Of a stretch of DNA of 26,104 bases, positions 1-10,063 are shown one piece after another. The notes beneath the pieces were generated by a model. That model saw nothing but the letters and a program-made list of their open reading frames with translations. It had not been told where the DNA came from and ran no database searches. Position numbers and translations under genes: made by a program. The stretch is taken from the NCBI RefSeq assembly GCF_006345805.1, contig NW_021835627.1:1-26104 (forward strand), read 5' to 3'. The stretch's first letter is position 1, and each line of letters begins with the position of its first letter. The stretch is from Octopus sinensis. Its lineage: Eukaryota.

Positions 1-455
1 TACACAAATACATACATACATACATACATACATACATGCATGCATACATACATACATACATACATACAAACACACACGTAAATACATACACACATACATA
101 CATACGTACATTCATACACACATACAAACATATGTACATACATACATACACACATATATACATACATACATACATACGTACACACACATACATACATACA
201 CACATACATACAAACACACAAACATACATACATACACACATACATACATACATACACACACAAATACATACATAAATACATACAGTACATACATACATAC
301 ACATATACACACATACATACACACATATGTACATACATATATACATGCAGACATAAATACATACACAGATACATACATATACACATATACATACATACAT
401 ACGTTCACACACATACATACATACACACATACGCACATACATACACACATACATA
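1..455. repeat. Compound (TACA)n/(CA)n microsatellite
   Basis: Direct reading of degenerate TACA/CA units. Confidence 0.97.
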
Positions 456-532
456 AACTCTCCCTCTCTCTCTTCTTCTCTCTCTCTCCCTCTCTTCTCC
501 CTCCCCTGTCTCCTCTCTCTCTCTCTCTCTCT
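456..532. repeat. (CT)n microsatellite
   Basis: Direct reading. Confidence 0.95.
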
Positions 533-533
533 T

Positions 534-663
534 ACTCATCACTGAATGCTTTCATGGTATGTAATAGGCCTTCAAGCTCATTCTTGTCTTTGCCTAAGAG
601 TTTTAAGTCATCCATACACAATAGATGGCTTATTTTCTCATTGTCCATTTTATACCCGTACTC
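534..663 (-). mobile_element. Reverse transcriptase fragment of an R4/Dong-like non-LTR retrotransposon
   Basis: My minus-strand translation gives YGYKMDNEKISHLLCMDDLKLLGKDKNELEGLLHTMKAFSDE. This matches the ISHLLYMDDLKL...FSDD pattern around the catalytic motif of R4/Dong RTs (YMDD altered to CMDD at 608-619). It is not in the ORF track. Confidence 0.7.
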
Positions 664-740
664 AGAACTTCATTTCTTTATTGTCTTTAAAACTGGTAGA
701 TATTCTATCGGTTTCTATGAGGGGAACAGCTATGTTATGA

Positions 741-808
741 GGATGTAAACACAGCAACACTGGTGGTCAAGTGGGGTGGATGGACAAAGACACACACACA
801 CACACACA
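741..808 (-). mobile_element. SINE body fragment (same family as 3053-3268)
   Basis: Reverse complement gtctttgtccatccaccccacttgaccaccagtgttgctgtgtttacatcc resembles gtgtttgtcccccaaaccgtttgacagcctgttttggtatatttatgtacc at about 3060-3110. Confidence 0.55.
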
Positions 809-885
809 AATATATATATATCTATAATAATAGATTTGTTCTATTATATAGGCAGCGCTGTGACAACCTGAGAAACTGGGTATAT

Positions 886-1241
886 ATTATACTTTTGGAA
901 TTTCTCTCTGCTTAATTGACATTTTCATAATGTCTTTGTTATTTTTATGATCCACATTTCATGGTGTAATGATGAATATCTTGGAATCCCGTTCAGCTTA
1001 TTTCTCCAGTTTTAGAATTTAATGATAAAGTCCCCATGAAAAATTCCTTTCGTCTATCTCTCGTTATGAATATGGTAAGGAGAAATCTCTTTAACCTGTA
1101 AAGGGAAGAATTTTATAAAATTGTTCTATAAATTTGTCTCTGAAATTCATTTTCAGCAATGGTAGTCATAGCAACGTGGTTAAGAATCTAGCTTCGCAAC
1201 TCTGTGGTCTTGGTTTCAGTCCCACTGCATGGCACCTTGGA
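886..1241 (+). repeat. About 355 bp local duplication, copy 1 (copy 2 at 2538-2893)
   Basis: Near-identical from attatacttttggaatttctctctgctt to catggcaccttgga in both places. Confidence 0.95.
1161..1241 (+). mobile_element. tRNA-derived SINE head, 3'-truncated
   Basis: Degenerate A box (tagcaacgtgg) and B box (ggtttcagtcc) followed by cactgcatggcaccttgg, typical of the abundant octopus SINE head (recalled consensus). Confidence 0.7.
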
Positions 1242-1706
1242 TATTAAGGTATACAATATATATATATATATATATTATATTATATTTAAATACACGTATA
1301 ATCAGCTACAAAACCTGACGTATGCAAATTTTAAAAATATATTCAATCTATCACTCATTAAAATCTTAAAAGATATAACAAATTTACATACATAAATATA
1401 TAAAAACATAATATACATGTATGGGAGAGAAAAACTATATTGAACTATAGAAATATATATTAAGGTATACATAGAAAACATTGTCCTACTTAAAGATGAA
1501 AGGTGTTGTTAAGGAATATGGAAAAATAAAAGTGAAAATACTTGCGAGAAAGTGAATAAATGGATGTTTTAAGCATGGAGGTTAGAGTTTGCAATAATTA
1601 GATGGAGGTACTCCAGTTTAAATACTTAGGTGGTGATACTTCAACGGCCGTTTCAAGGGTACAGAAATCCTTAGAAATGAAGGATTATTCCTATACATAT
1701 TTTAGA

Positions 1707-2190
1707 CATTTCATTTCATTTCATTTCATTTGGGTTTGAGTCCATGCTCAGGCCAAGTCGAAGACTCCACCCTCAGAGTCTGGTGTGGTTGCCAGGTTGG
1801 ATTCTCTGTTTAATTTTGACATGTGTAGGAGCGAGTTTGAGTCAGTTTGTGCTCGTTGTGTATATCCTGGGAGATGGGGTTCATCTCTAATGGTGCTTAA
1901 GTATCTATCCAGCTGCCATTTGAATGATTCCACACTGCATCCTGATAGATTTCTGACATGTACCGGAATGGAGTTGAATAGTTGTGCTCCTCGAACCAAC
2001 AGACTTGACTCTCGCAGGGTTTTTGCTGCCTGGCCAGCCTTTTTGTTGATTGGTGGTAGCTGGCAGCGTCTTCTGTGGCGCAGTGAGTGGTAGGTTTTGA
2101 TACCAACGTTTGGCACCTTTTGCTCTATCATTTTCCAAATGTACATAATTCGGTATCGCTCAAATCTTTGCAGCTTTCATCATGGGAAGA
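1707..2190 (-). mobile_element. 3' end of a CR1-group (CR1/L2/Crack-like) LINE with (AAATG)n tail
   Basis: ORF 1748-2146 (YIWKM...RGAQLFNSIPVHVRNL...FKWQLDRYLSTIRDEPHLPGY...SNSL) is a CR1-group ORF2 C-terminus. The stop is followed within about 16 bp by five ATTTC units at 1707-1731. Confidence 0.85.
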
Positions 2191-2269
2191 TATATTTAAA
2201 TGCAGGAAAATGTATTTATATGTATATACATACAAACACACCCATACACTTACACACACACACACAAAT

Positions 2270-2805
2270 CCCCTCAACTGAGAAGAGTCAACTGTTGCCT
2301 TTTGCGGGTGAAAGGAGTCAAAAGGCCTCGACTTTTTCCAAATTTTCTTTTCGCAGTGGTTTCCCTTTGTACGTATTATCATTACGAGTTTTTCAGTTCT
2401 CTCCCTTTATTGAGATTTTAATTTTTTTTTAAAACAAAATATTTGTTCTTTAAATTCTTCTGCAAAATCTAATGTCTTATAACTTTCGTTTTTTAGAAGA
2501 CAAAATTTCGCTGTGAAAACCATCCTTTCTGCAACTCATTATACTTTTGGAATTTCTCTCTGCTTCAATATCATTTTCATAATGTCTTTGTTATTTTTAT
2601 GATCCACATTTCATGGTGTAATGAGGAATATCTTGGAATCCCGTTCAGCTTATTTCTCCAGTTTTAGAATTTAATGATAAAGTCCCCATGAAAAATTCCT
2701 TTCATCTATCTCTCGTTATGAATATGGTAAGAATAAAACCCTTTAACCTGTAAAGGGAAGAATTTTATAAAATTGTTCTATAAATTTGTCTCTGAAATTC
2801 ATTTT
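2270..2805 (-). mobile_element. Highly degraded LINE ORF2 C-terminal region, possibly L1/Tx1-like
   Basis: Interrupted minus-strand translations (FYKILPFTG; KEFFMGTLSLN...HYTMKC; MVFTAKFCLLKNE...; KKIWKK) loosely resemble the zf-RVT/C-terminal region of L1-group RTs; many stops. Confidence 0.3.
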
Positions 2806-2812
2806 CAGCAAT

Positions 2813-3268
2813 GGTAGTCATAGCAACGTGGTTAAGAATCTAGCTTCGCAACTCTGTGGTCTTGGTTTCAGTCCCACTGCATGGCACCTTGGACAAATGT
2901 CTTCTGATATAGCCATGGGCTGAGCAAAATCTTGTGAGTGGAAGAGAGTCAGCCTTGATGAGATGCAGTTTGGTTTTGTGCCGGGGGAGAAACACTCGTG
3001 AAGCTATTTACCTGTTCAGGCCACGATTTCGTGGATGGAAGCAACATTTATTTGTGTGTCTGTGTTTGTCCCCCAAACCGTTTGACAGCCTGTTTTGGTA
3101 TATTTATGTACCTGTAACTGAGAGGTTCAGCGAAATAGATGGATAGAATAAGTCCCAGGATGAACAAGAAATATGAATTATCAATGGTGTCAATTCTATC
3201 GACGAAAATTCTTCAAGGCGCTGCCCCAGCATGGCCGCAGTGAAACGACAGAATCGAGAAAAAGATTT
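2813..3268 (+). mobile_element. tRNA-derived SINE (head 2813-2942, body and tail 3053-3268) interrupted by foreign sequence
   Basis: Head as at 1161, continuing to cttgtgagtgga. Body gtgtttgtccccc...gatagaataagt and tail cttcaaggcgctgccccagcatggccgcag match the recalled octopus SINE. Confidence 0.75.
2943..3020 (+). mobile_element. 78 bp internal RTE RT fragment embedded in the SINE
   Basis: Translates as RVSLDEMQFGFVPG(+1)RNTREAIYLFR versus RVSLDQMQFGFVPGKSTTDAIFLVR in RTE-A at about 8713-8790. Confidence 0.85.
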
Positions 3269-3519
3269 TTAAAATGTGTGAGTGCGTGTGTATGTGTATG
3301 TGTGAGCATGCGTGTGTGAGTATGTGTTCGGAAGATGTCCATGTTTATACTGTGTAACTTCAAACACGCCTCTACAACCCACAACAGTTCAAAAAAGAGA
3401 GACAGAGTCGCAGAGAAAAGGGGAAAGTGTTCTTTGCATTTGAAAACCCTGGAAATATTTCTTTAAAAACCATTTCAGACGGATAGGTACATAGGTTACA
3501 AGAACAGACACATATGGAG

Positions 3520-3888
3520 ACACGGATCCACACATATAAAGATGCACATCCATACATACAAACATGGTACATCGTTACATAACACACACACACACACACC
3601 ACACACAGATATGCACACACAAGGAGACAGAGGTGCATACATATACAAACACACGCTCACACACGCATACATAGAAAATACACAAACACGGACGGGCAAG
3701 CACATAAACATGCAGGATACGTACATACAGATGCACACACATACATACATATGCATGCAAACACATACATACATATGCATGCACACACATATATACATAT
3801 GCATGCACACACATACATACATATGCATGCACACACATATATACATACATACACATGCAAACACACACACACATACGTACATGTATAG

Positions 3889-3923
<35 letters not shown>

Positions 3924-3950
3924 ACACACACTGACCCCCACACATGCGCA
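3520..3950. repeat. Compound (CA)n/(CATA)n microsatellite with a 22-24 bp atgcatgcacacacatacatacat subrepeat
   Basis: Direct reading. Confidence 0.9.
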
Positions 3951-4231
3951 CAAACAAACAAAAGGGGTCGCAGTGTAAATAAGGGACAGAGTCAAAACTA
4001 TTGAAAAGGTTGCAAGACGCAACGAAAATTTTAGGAAATTAAAAATAAGAAATAAGTGGAAATTTTACCGGTGAGTGTGTTAAATAATAAGGTACTAAAA
4101 GAGAATGACCCTCCCCAGACACAACAGATTGCGCATGGGACCATAATACCCCCACATTCAGACTGTGACCCACATTGGCACTTGATAGCTTGTCCTGGCT
4201 TGTCTCTGGATCATGTCAATACTTATATATA

Positions 4232-6718
4232 TATATATCGTTGTCTCATGTCTTGTGTTAAATATATATTTAATCTTATAGCTTGCCTCTAATTTTATCG
4301 ATCAGTCTCACGCCTCGTAGATATAGAATAAATGTATTTATAATTTATAGCTCTTTATCGCTCACGCTTCTCCCATAGATTAGGCAAAATTTAGGTATTT
4401 ATACCTACTAATAAATATTTCTCTCCTAAAAAAGGAATGGCTGCCGGGTTTCGCGGGCCACGATCCCCCCCTCTCGTTCCTCTTCAATTGTCTTCTATCT
4501 CTTTCGATCGCCATTCGACTCCCCTTCTCCACCACCCTATATGCATATAAACCAGCGACTGTTTTTAACGGCCCCACTTGAATTCAATCTGTTGCCGACT
4601 TCCTACGAAAAATACGAAAATGAATCCAAGTTAAGCAATCTCAATTTAATTTCATCCCGTACCTACTTATCTATCTGCAATTGATCTGATCTTTTAGTTA
4701 GCCCTGTTTTATCTCCATTATTATTGTTATGACTTGTGTAATTAGTCTCACGCCTCGTGTTTTTTTATGTACATATAATTCTCTAGTTCATCTTAATTAT
4801 ATATCGTTGTCTCATGTCTTGTGTTAAATATATATTTAATCTTATAGCTTGCCTCTAATTTTATCGATCAGTCTCACGCCTCGTAGATATAGAATAAATG
4901 TATTTATAATTTATAGCTCTTTATCGCTCACGCTTCTCCCATAGATTAGGCAAAATTTAGGTATTTATACCTACTAATAAATATTTCTCTCCTAAAAAAG
5001 GAATGGCTGCCGGGTTTCGCGGGCCACGATCCCCCCCTCTCGTTCCTCTTCAATTGTCTTCTATCTCTTTCGATCGCCATTCGACTCCCCTTCTCCACCA
5101 CCCTATATGCATATAAACCAGCGACTGTTTTTAACGGCCCCACTTGAATTCAATCTGTTGCCGACTTCCTACGAAAAATACGAAAATGAATCCAAGTTAA
5201 GCAATCTCAATTTAATTTCATCCCGTACCTACTTATCTATCTGCAATTGATCTGATCTTTTAGTTAGCCCTGTTTTATCTCCATTATTATTGTTATGACT
5301 TGTGTAATTTAGTCTCACGCCTCGTGTTTTTTATATGTACATATAATTCTATAGTTCATCTTAATTATATATCGTTGTCTCATGTCTTGTGTTAAATATA
5401 TATTTAATCTTATAGCTTGCCTCTAATTTTATCGATCAGTCTCACGCCTCGTAGATATAGAATAAATGTATTTATAATTTATAGCTCTTTATCGCTCACG
5501 CTTTTCCCATAGATTAGGCAAAATTTAGGTATTTATACCTACTAATAAATATTTCTCTCCTAAAAAAGGAATGGCTGCCGGGTTTCGCGGGCCACGATCC
5601 CCCCCTCTCGTTCCTCTTCAATTGTCTTCTATCTCTTTCGATCGCCATTCGACTCCCCTTCTCCACCACCCTATATGCATATAAAGCGACTGTTTTTAAC
5701 GGCCCCACTTGAATTCAATCTGTTGCCGACTTCCTACGAAAAATACGAAAATGAATCCAAGTTAAGCAATCTCAATTTAATTTCATCCCGTACCTACTTA
5801 TCTATCTGCATTGATCTGATCTTTTAGTTAGCCCTGTTTTATCTCCATTATATTGTTATGACTTGTGTAATTTAGTCTCACGCCTCGTGTTTTTTATATG
5901 TACATATAATTCTATAGTTCATCTTAATTATATATCGTTGTCTCATGTCTTGTGTTAAATATATATTTAATCTTATAGCTTGCCTCTAATTTTATCGATC
6001 AGTCTCACGCCTCGTAGATATAGAATAAATGTATTTATAATTTATAGCTCTTTATCGCTCACGCTTTTCCCATAGATTAGGCAAAATTTAGGTATTTATA
6101 CCTACTAATAAATATTTCTCTCCTAAAAAAGGAATGGCTGCCGGGTTTCGCGGGCCACGATCCCCCCCTCTCGTTCCTCTTCAATTGTCTTCTATCTCTT
6201 TCGATCGCCATTCGACTCCCCTTCTCCACCACCCTATATGCATATAAACCAGCGACTGTTTTTAACGGCCCCACTTGAATTCAATCTGTTGCCGACTTCC
6301 TACGAAAAATACGAAAATGAATCCAAGTTAAGCAATCTCAATTTATTTCATCCCGTACCTACTTATCTATCTGCAATTGATCTGATCTTTTAGTTAGCCC
6401 TGTTTTATCTCCATTATTATTGTTATGACTTGTGTAATTTAGTCTCACGCCGTGTTTTTTATATGTACATATAATTCTCTAGTTCATCTTAATTATATAT
6501 CGTTGTCTCATGTCTTGTGTTAAATATATATTTAATCTTATAGCTTGCCTCTAATTTTATCGATCAGTCTCACGCCTCGTAGATATAGAATAAATGTATT
6601 TATAATTTATAGCTCTTTATCGCTCACGCTTTTCCCATAGATTAGGCAAAATTTAGGTATTTATACCTACTAATAAATATTTCTCTCCTAAAAAAGGAAT
6701 GGCTGCCGGGTTTCGCGG
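4232..6718 (+). repeat. Tandem array of an about 566 bp unit, about 4.4 copies
   Basis: Anchor atcgttgtctcatg recurs with its CG at 4239, 4805, 5373, 5936 and 6501. Units differ by a few small indels. The last unit breaks at tttcgcgg (6718). Confidence 0.98.
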
Positions 6719-6957
6719 TGCACCCGCCCTCCCACCCCCACCACCGGTACAGGAAGTCCTAAATTTTCTCATCCTTGTCTCCCTTGTACACTTCAAAGTC
6801 TTACGCCACCCTCACCCCCTACCATAAAAAGTAGTGGTCATTCATTGCAAGATACACTTCAAGTCTTACGCCACCCCCACCTCCTTCCATAAAAGGTAGT
6901 GGTCATTCATTGCAAGATATGTTTAGTATTGTGTACGCGGTTTGAACTTAAGTTCTA

Positions 6958-9900
6958 TTGTTTGTCTATGAATCCTGCAAACGCGAATTTTCTTTTCAGG
7001 TCCATGACGCTACTAGGGCCAATACCACCCCCACCCTCATGGTTGGCACCCTCAATGTTGGCACACTAAAAGGCAGATCTGGCGAGATCGTTGAATTGCT
7101 TGAACGGAGGTGTGTTGATATATGCTGCATTCAAGAAGTGAGGTGGAGAGGATGTTCTGCTAGGTTCCTCACAGGTAAAGGACAGAGGTACAAGATTTTC
7201 TGGGCTGGGAATACTGACGGGGTCGGGGGTGTGGGCATGCTTATCGCCGAAAAATGGGTAGATAAGGTAATCGAGGTAATCAGAGTATGTGACAGAATAA
7301 TGAAGATTAGATTAGTGCTCCATCATAGTTTAGCAACTATTATATCGGCCTATGCCCCTCAGCCAGGGCTACCTGATGGACAGAAAGACTGTTTCTATGA
7401 CACCCTACTGCATACCACATCATTGACGAGCGACAGGGACCTTCTCTTTGTGGCTGGTGACTTCAATGGGCATGTTGGACGATGTGCTGAGGGCTTCCAT
7501 GGCGTGCATGGAGGCTATGGTTATGGTTCCCGCAACGAGGAGGGAACCAGGCTGCTGGAGTTCTGCGATGCGAATAGTCTTATGGTTTGCAACACTAACT
7601 TCAGGAAACCGACAAGCCACCTGGTCACCTACCGATCGGGCCGGCATACTAGCCAAATCGACTACATCCTTGCCAGAAAAAGGGAAAGATGGCTGCTTAT
7701 AAATGCCAAAACCTTCCCAGGCGAAGAATGCACCCCACAACATAGACTGGTAGTTAGTGACTTTAGGATCAGGACTAAGAGGGCGACTAGAAGACGACCA
7801 ACATGGAGAAGAAGGGTCTGGATGCTTAAAGACCCTGCGAATGGACAGAGATTTAGAGACATGTTACTTGAAGCCTTTGACGAAATGGAAGGGGGTATAG
7901 CTACGCAGGGGGTAGAAGACAACTGGACGCTTCTGAGGACAACCTGCTGAAGCCACTGACCAGATCTGTGGCTGGTGCAAAGTCCCCTTAAGACCCAAAG
8001 TAACGTGGTGGTGGAACAATATTGTTGACAGGGCTATTAGACAAAAGAAACAGGCTTGGAAGGCCTGGAAGAACGGTGGTAGCAGGGAAGTGTATCAGAC
8101 TGCCAGAAGGGAAGCTAGGAGACAGGTCTATCTAGCCAGAGGGGAGGCAGATAAGGAAAAATTTGCCAATGTCCTGCGCCGTGAGAATGAAAGACTTGAG
8201 GTATTTCGTGTTGCAAGACAGTGTGTGAGAGAGAATCGTGACGTGGTAGGAGAGAAATGTGTTCGCAAGGATGACGGTTCACTTGCGCTAAATGAGGATG
8301 CAAATAGAGATGCTTGGAGACGCCACTATGAAAGGTTGCTGAACGAGGAAAATGAATGGGATAAAGAGAGTCTGCCGAATGTCGACCCAACAGAGGGGCC
8401 AGTAATCCAAGTTAACAGTTCCTTAGTAGATAAGGCAATTAGAAGCATGAAAACAGGGAAAGCCCCAGGCCCATCAGGAATTACTGCAGAGATGCTCAAA
8501 ATATCTGGTAGTGTCGGCTATAGCTTAGTCACCCGTATAGTTAACCAGGTGATACACGAAGGAGTCATACCCAATGACTGGTGTAGCAGCATAATAGTCA
8601 ACTGCTACAAAGGTAAAGACGACGCCCTAGATACAAATAACTACAGGGGCATCAAGCTGCTGGATCAGGTAATGAAGGTTACGGAGAGGGTTATAGCCCA
8701 ATTAATTAGAGAGAGAGTTAGCCTAGATCAGATGCAGTTTGGGTTCGTGCCAGGGAAAAGTACTACTGATGCTATATTCCTGGTAAGACAGCTGCAGGAG
8801 AAATACCTAGCCAAAGATAAGCCCTTGTACCTGGCTTTTGTTGACTTGGAGAAAGCCTTTGACAGGGTCCCCCGATCCCTTATCTGGTGGTCAATGAGGA
8901 AACTAGGGATAGATGAATGGTTAGTGAGAGCTGTGCAAGCCATGTACAGAGACGCTGCTAGTAAGGTAAGGGTTGGCAACGAGTACAGTGAAGAATTCCG
9001 GGTAGAGGTTGGGGTCCACCAAGGTTCAGTCCTCAGTCCCCTCCTATTTATCATAGTCCTCCAAGCAATAACGGAGGAATTCAAGACAGGATGCCCCTGG
9101 GAGCTCCTCTATGCTGATGACCTTGCTCTAATTGCTGAGTCACTATCAGAACTGGAGGAGAAGTTTCAGGTGTGGAAACAAGGATTAGAATCGAAGGGCC
9201 TTAGAATCAACCTAGCCAAAACCAAAGTCCTAATAAGTAGGAAGGTAGACCAATCACAAACGACTTCAGGTAGATGGCCCTGCTCGATCTGTAAAAAAGG
9301 TGTAGGTAGAAACTCTATAAGGTGCACCAAGTGTAAGCTATGAACACATAAGAGGTGCAGCAATGTCAAAGGAAGGCTAACTAGGAAAATAGTTTTTGTC
9401 TGTGGCAGATGCTCAGGAGCAATAAACACTGGAAATGTGCAGAGACCAACTTCTACCACGTTCCAGGGAGACAAACTAGAAGTAGTTGATAGCTTCCGCT
9501 ACCTAGGTGACCAAGTCAGTAGTGGGGGTGGGTGTGCTGAAAGTGTAACTGCTAGAGTAAGAATAGCCTGGGCAAAGTTTAGAGAGCTCTTACCCCTGCT
9601 GGTGACAAAAAGCCTCTCACTCAGAGTAAAAGGCAGACTGTATGATGCATGTGTACGTACAGCCATGCTACATGGTAGTGAAACATGGGCCGTGACTGCT
9701 GAGGATATGCGTAAGCTCGCAAGAAATGAAGCCAGTATGCTCCGATGGATGTGTAATGTCAGTGTTCATAATCGTCAGAGTGTAAGTACCTTGAGAGAAA
9801 AGTTGAACCTAAGAAGCGTCAGTTGTGGTGTGCAAGAGAGACGGCTTCGCTGGTATGGTCATGTGACGAGAATGGCTGAAGATAGTTGTGTGCAAAAGTG

Positions 9901-10063
9901 CTACACCCTAGCAGTTGAGGGAACCTGTGGAAGAGGTAGACCCATGAAAACATGGGACGAGGTGGTGAAGCACGACCTTCGAACTTTAGGTCTCACTAAG
10001 GAAATGACTAGAGACCGAGACCTATGGAAGTATGCTGTGCGTGAGAAGACCCGGCAAGACTAG
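6958..10063 (+). pseudogene. RTE-A ORF: APE endonuclease + reverse transcriptase with internal C4HC3 finger; lightly disrupted
   Basis: APE motifs VGTLNVGTL, CIQEVRW, GDFNGHVG, SQIDYIL, HRLVV. RT motifs QFGFVPGKST, FVDLEKAFDRVP, GVHQGSVLSPLLF, YADD, FRYLG. Two 1 bp deletions near 7936 and 7949 and TGG>TGA at 9341-9343; 8090-9343 and 9437-10063 share a frame. Confidence 0.95.

Noticed and set aside
36-450. ORFs rich in H/T/Y/I or C/V/M/Y here and at 3496-4022, 12606-12860, 14764-15094, 20675-22294 and 25112-25527
   Set aside because: They are translations of CA/TA/TACA microsatellites, which lack stops in some frames; no domain content
4380-6274. Identical 64-65 aa minus-strand ORF (MGPLKTVA...) four times
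   Set aside because: A direct consequence of the 566 bp tandem unit; no recognisable motif, no counterpart in the homologous B monomer, and antisense to the element
4232-6718. Hypothesis that the RTEs insert site-specifically into a satellite after TTCGCGG
   Set aside because: Neither 3' end is followed by the rest of the monomer (B is followed by TA; A by the duplicated flank), and the paralogous empty site has no monomer
6600-6960. HDV-like ribozyme at the RTE 5' end, known in some RTE elements
   Set aside because: I could not assemble P1/P1.1/P2/P3 and the catalytic J4/2 by eye in either copy; an RNArobo or Infernal HDV search would be needed
7420-9474. Antisense ORFs within the RTE coding regions (also 16760-18801)
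   Set aside because: Shadow ORFs of the RT and endonuclease frame with no independent features
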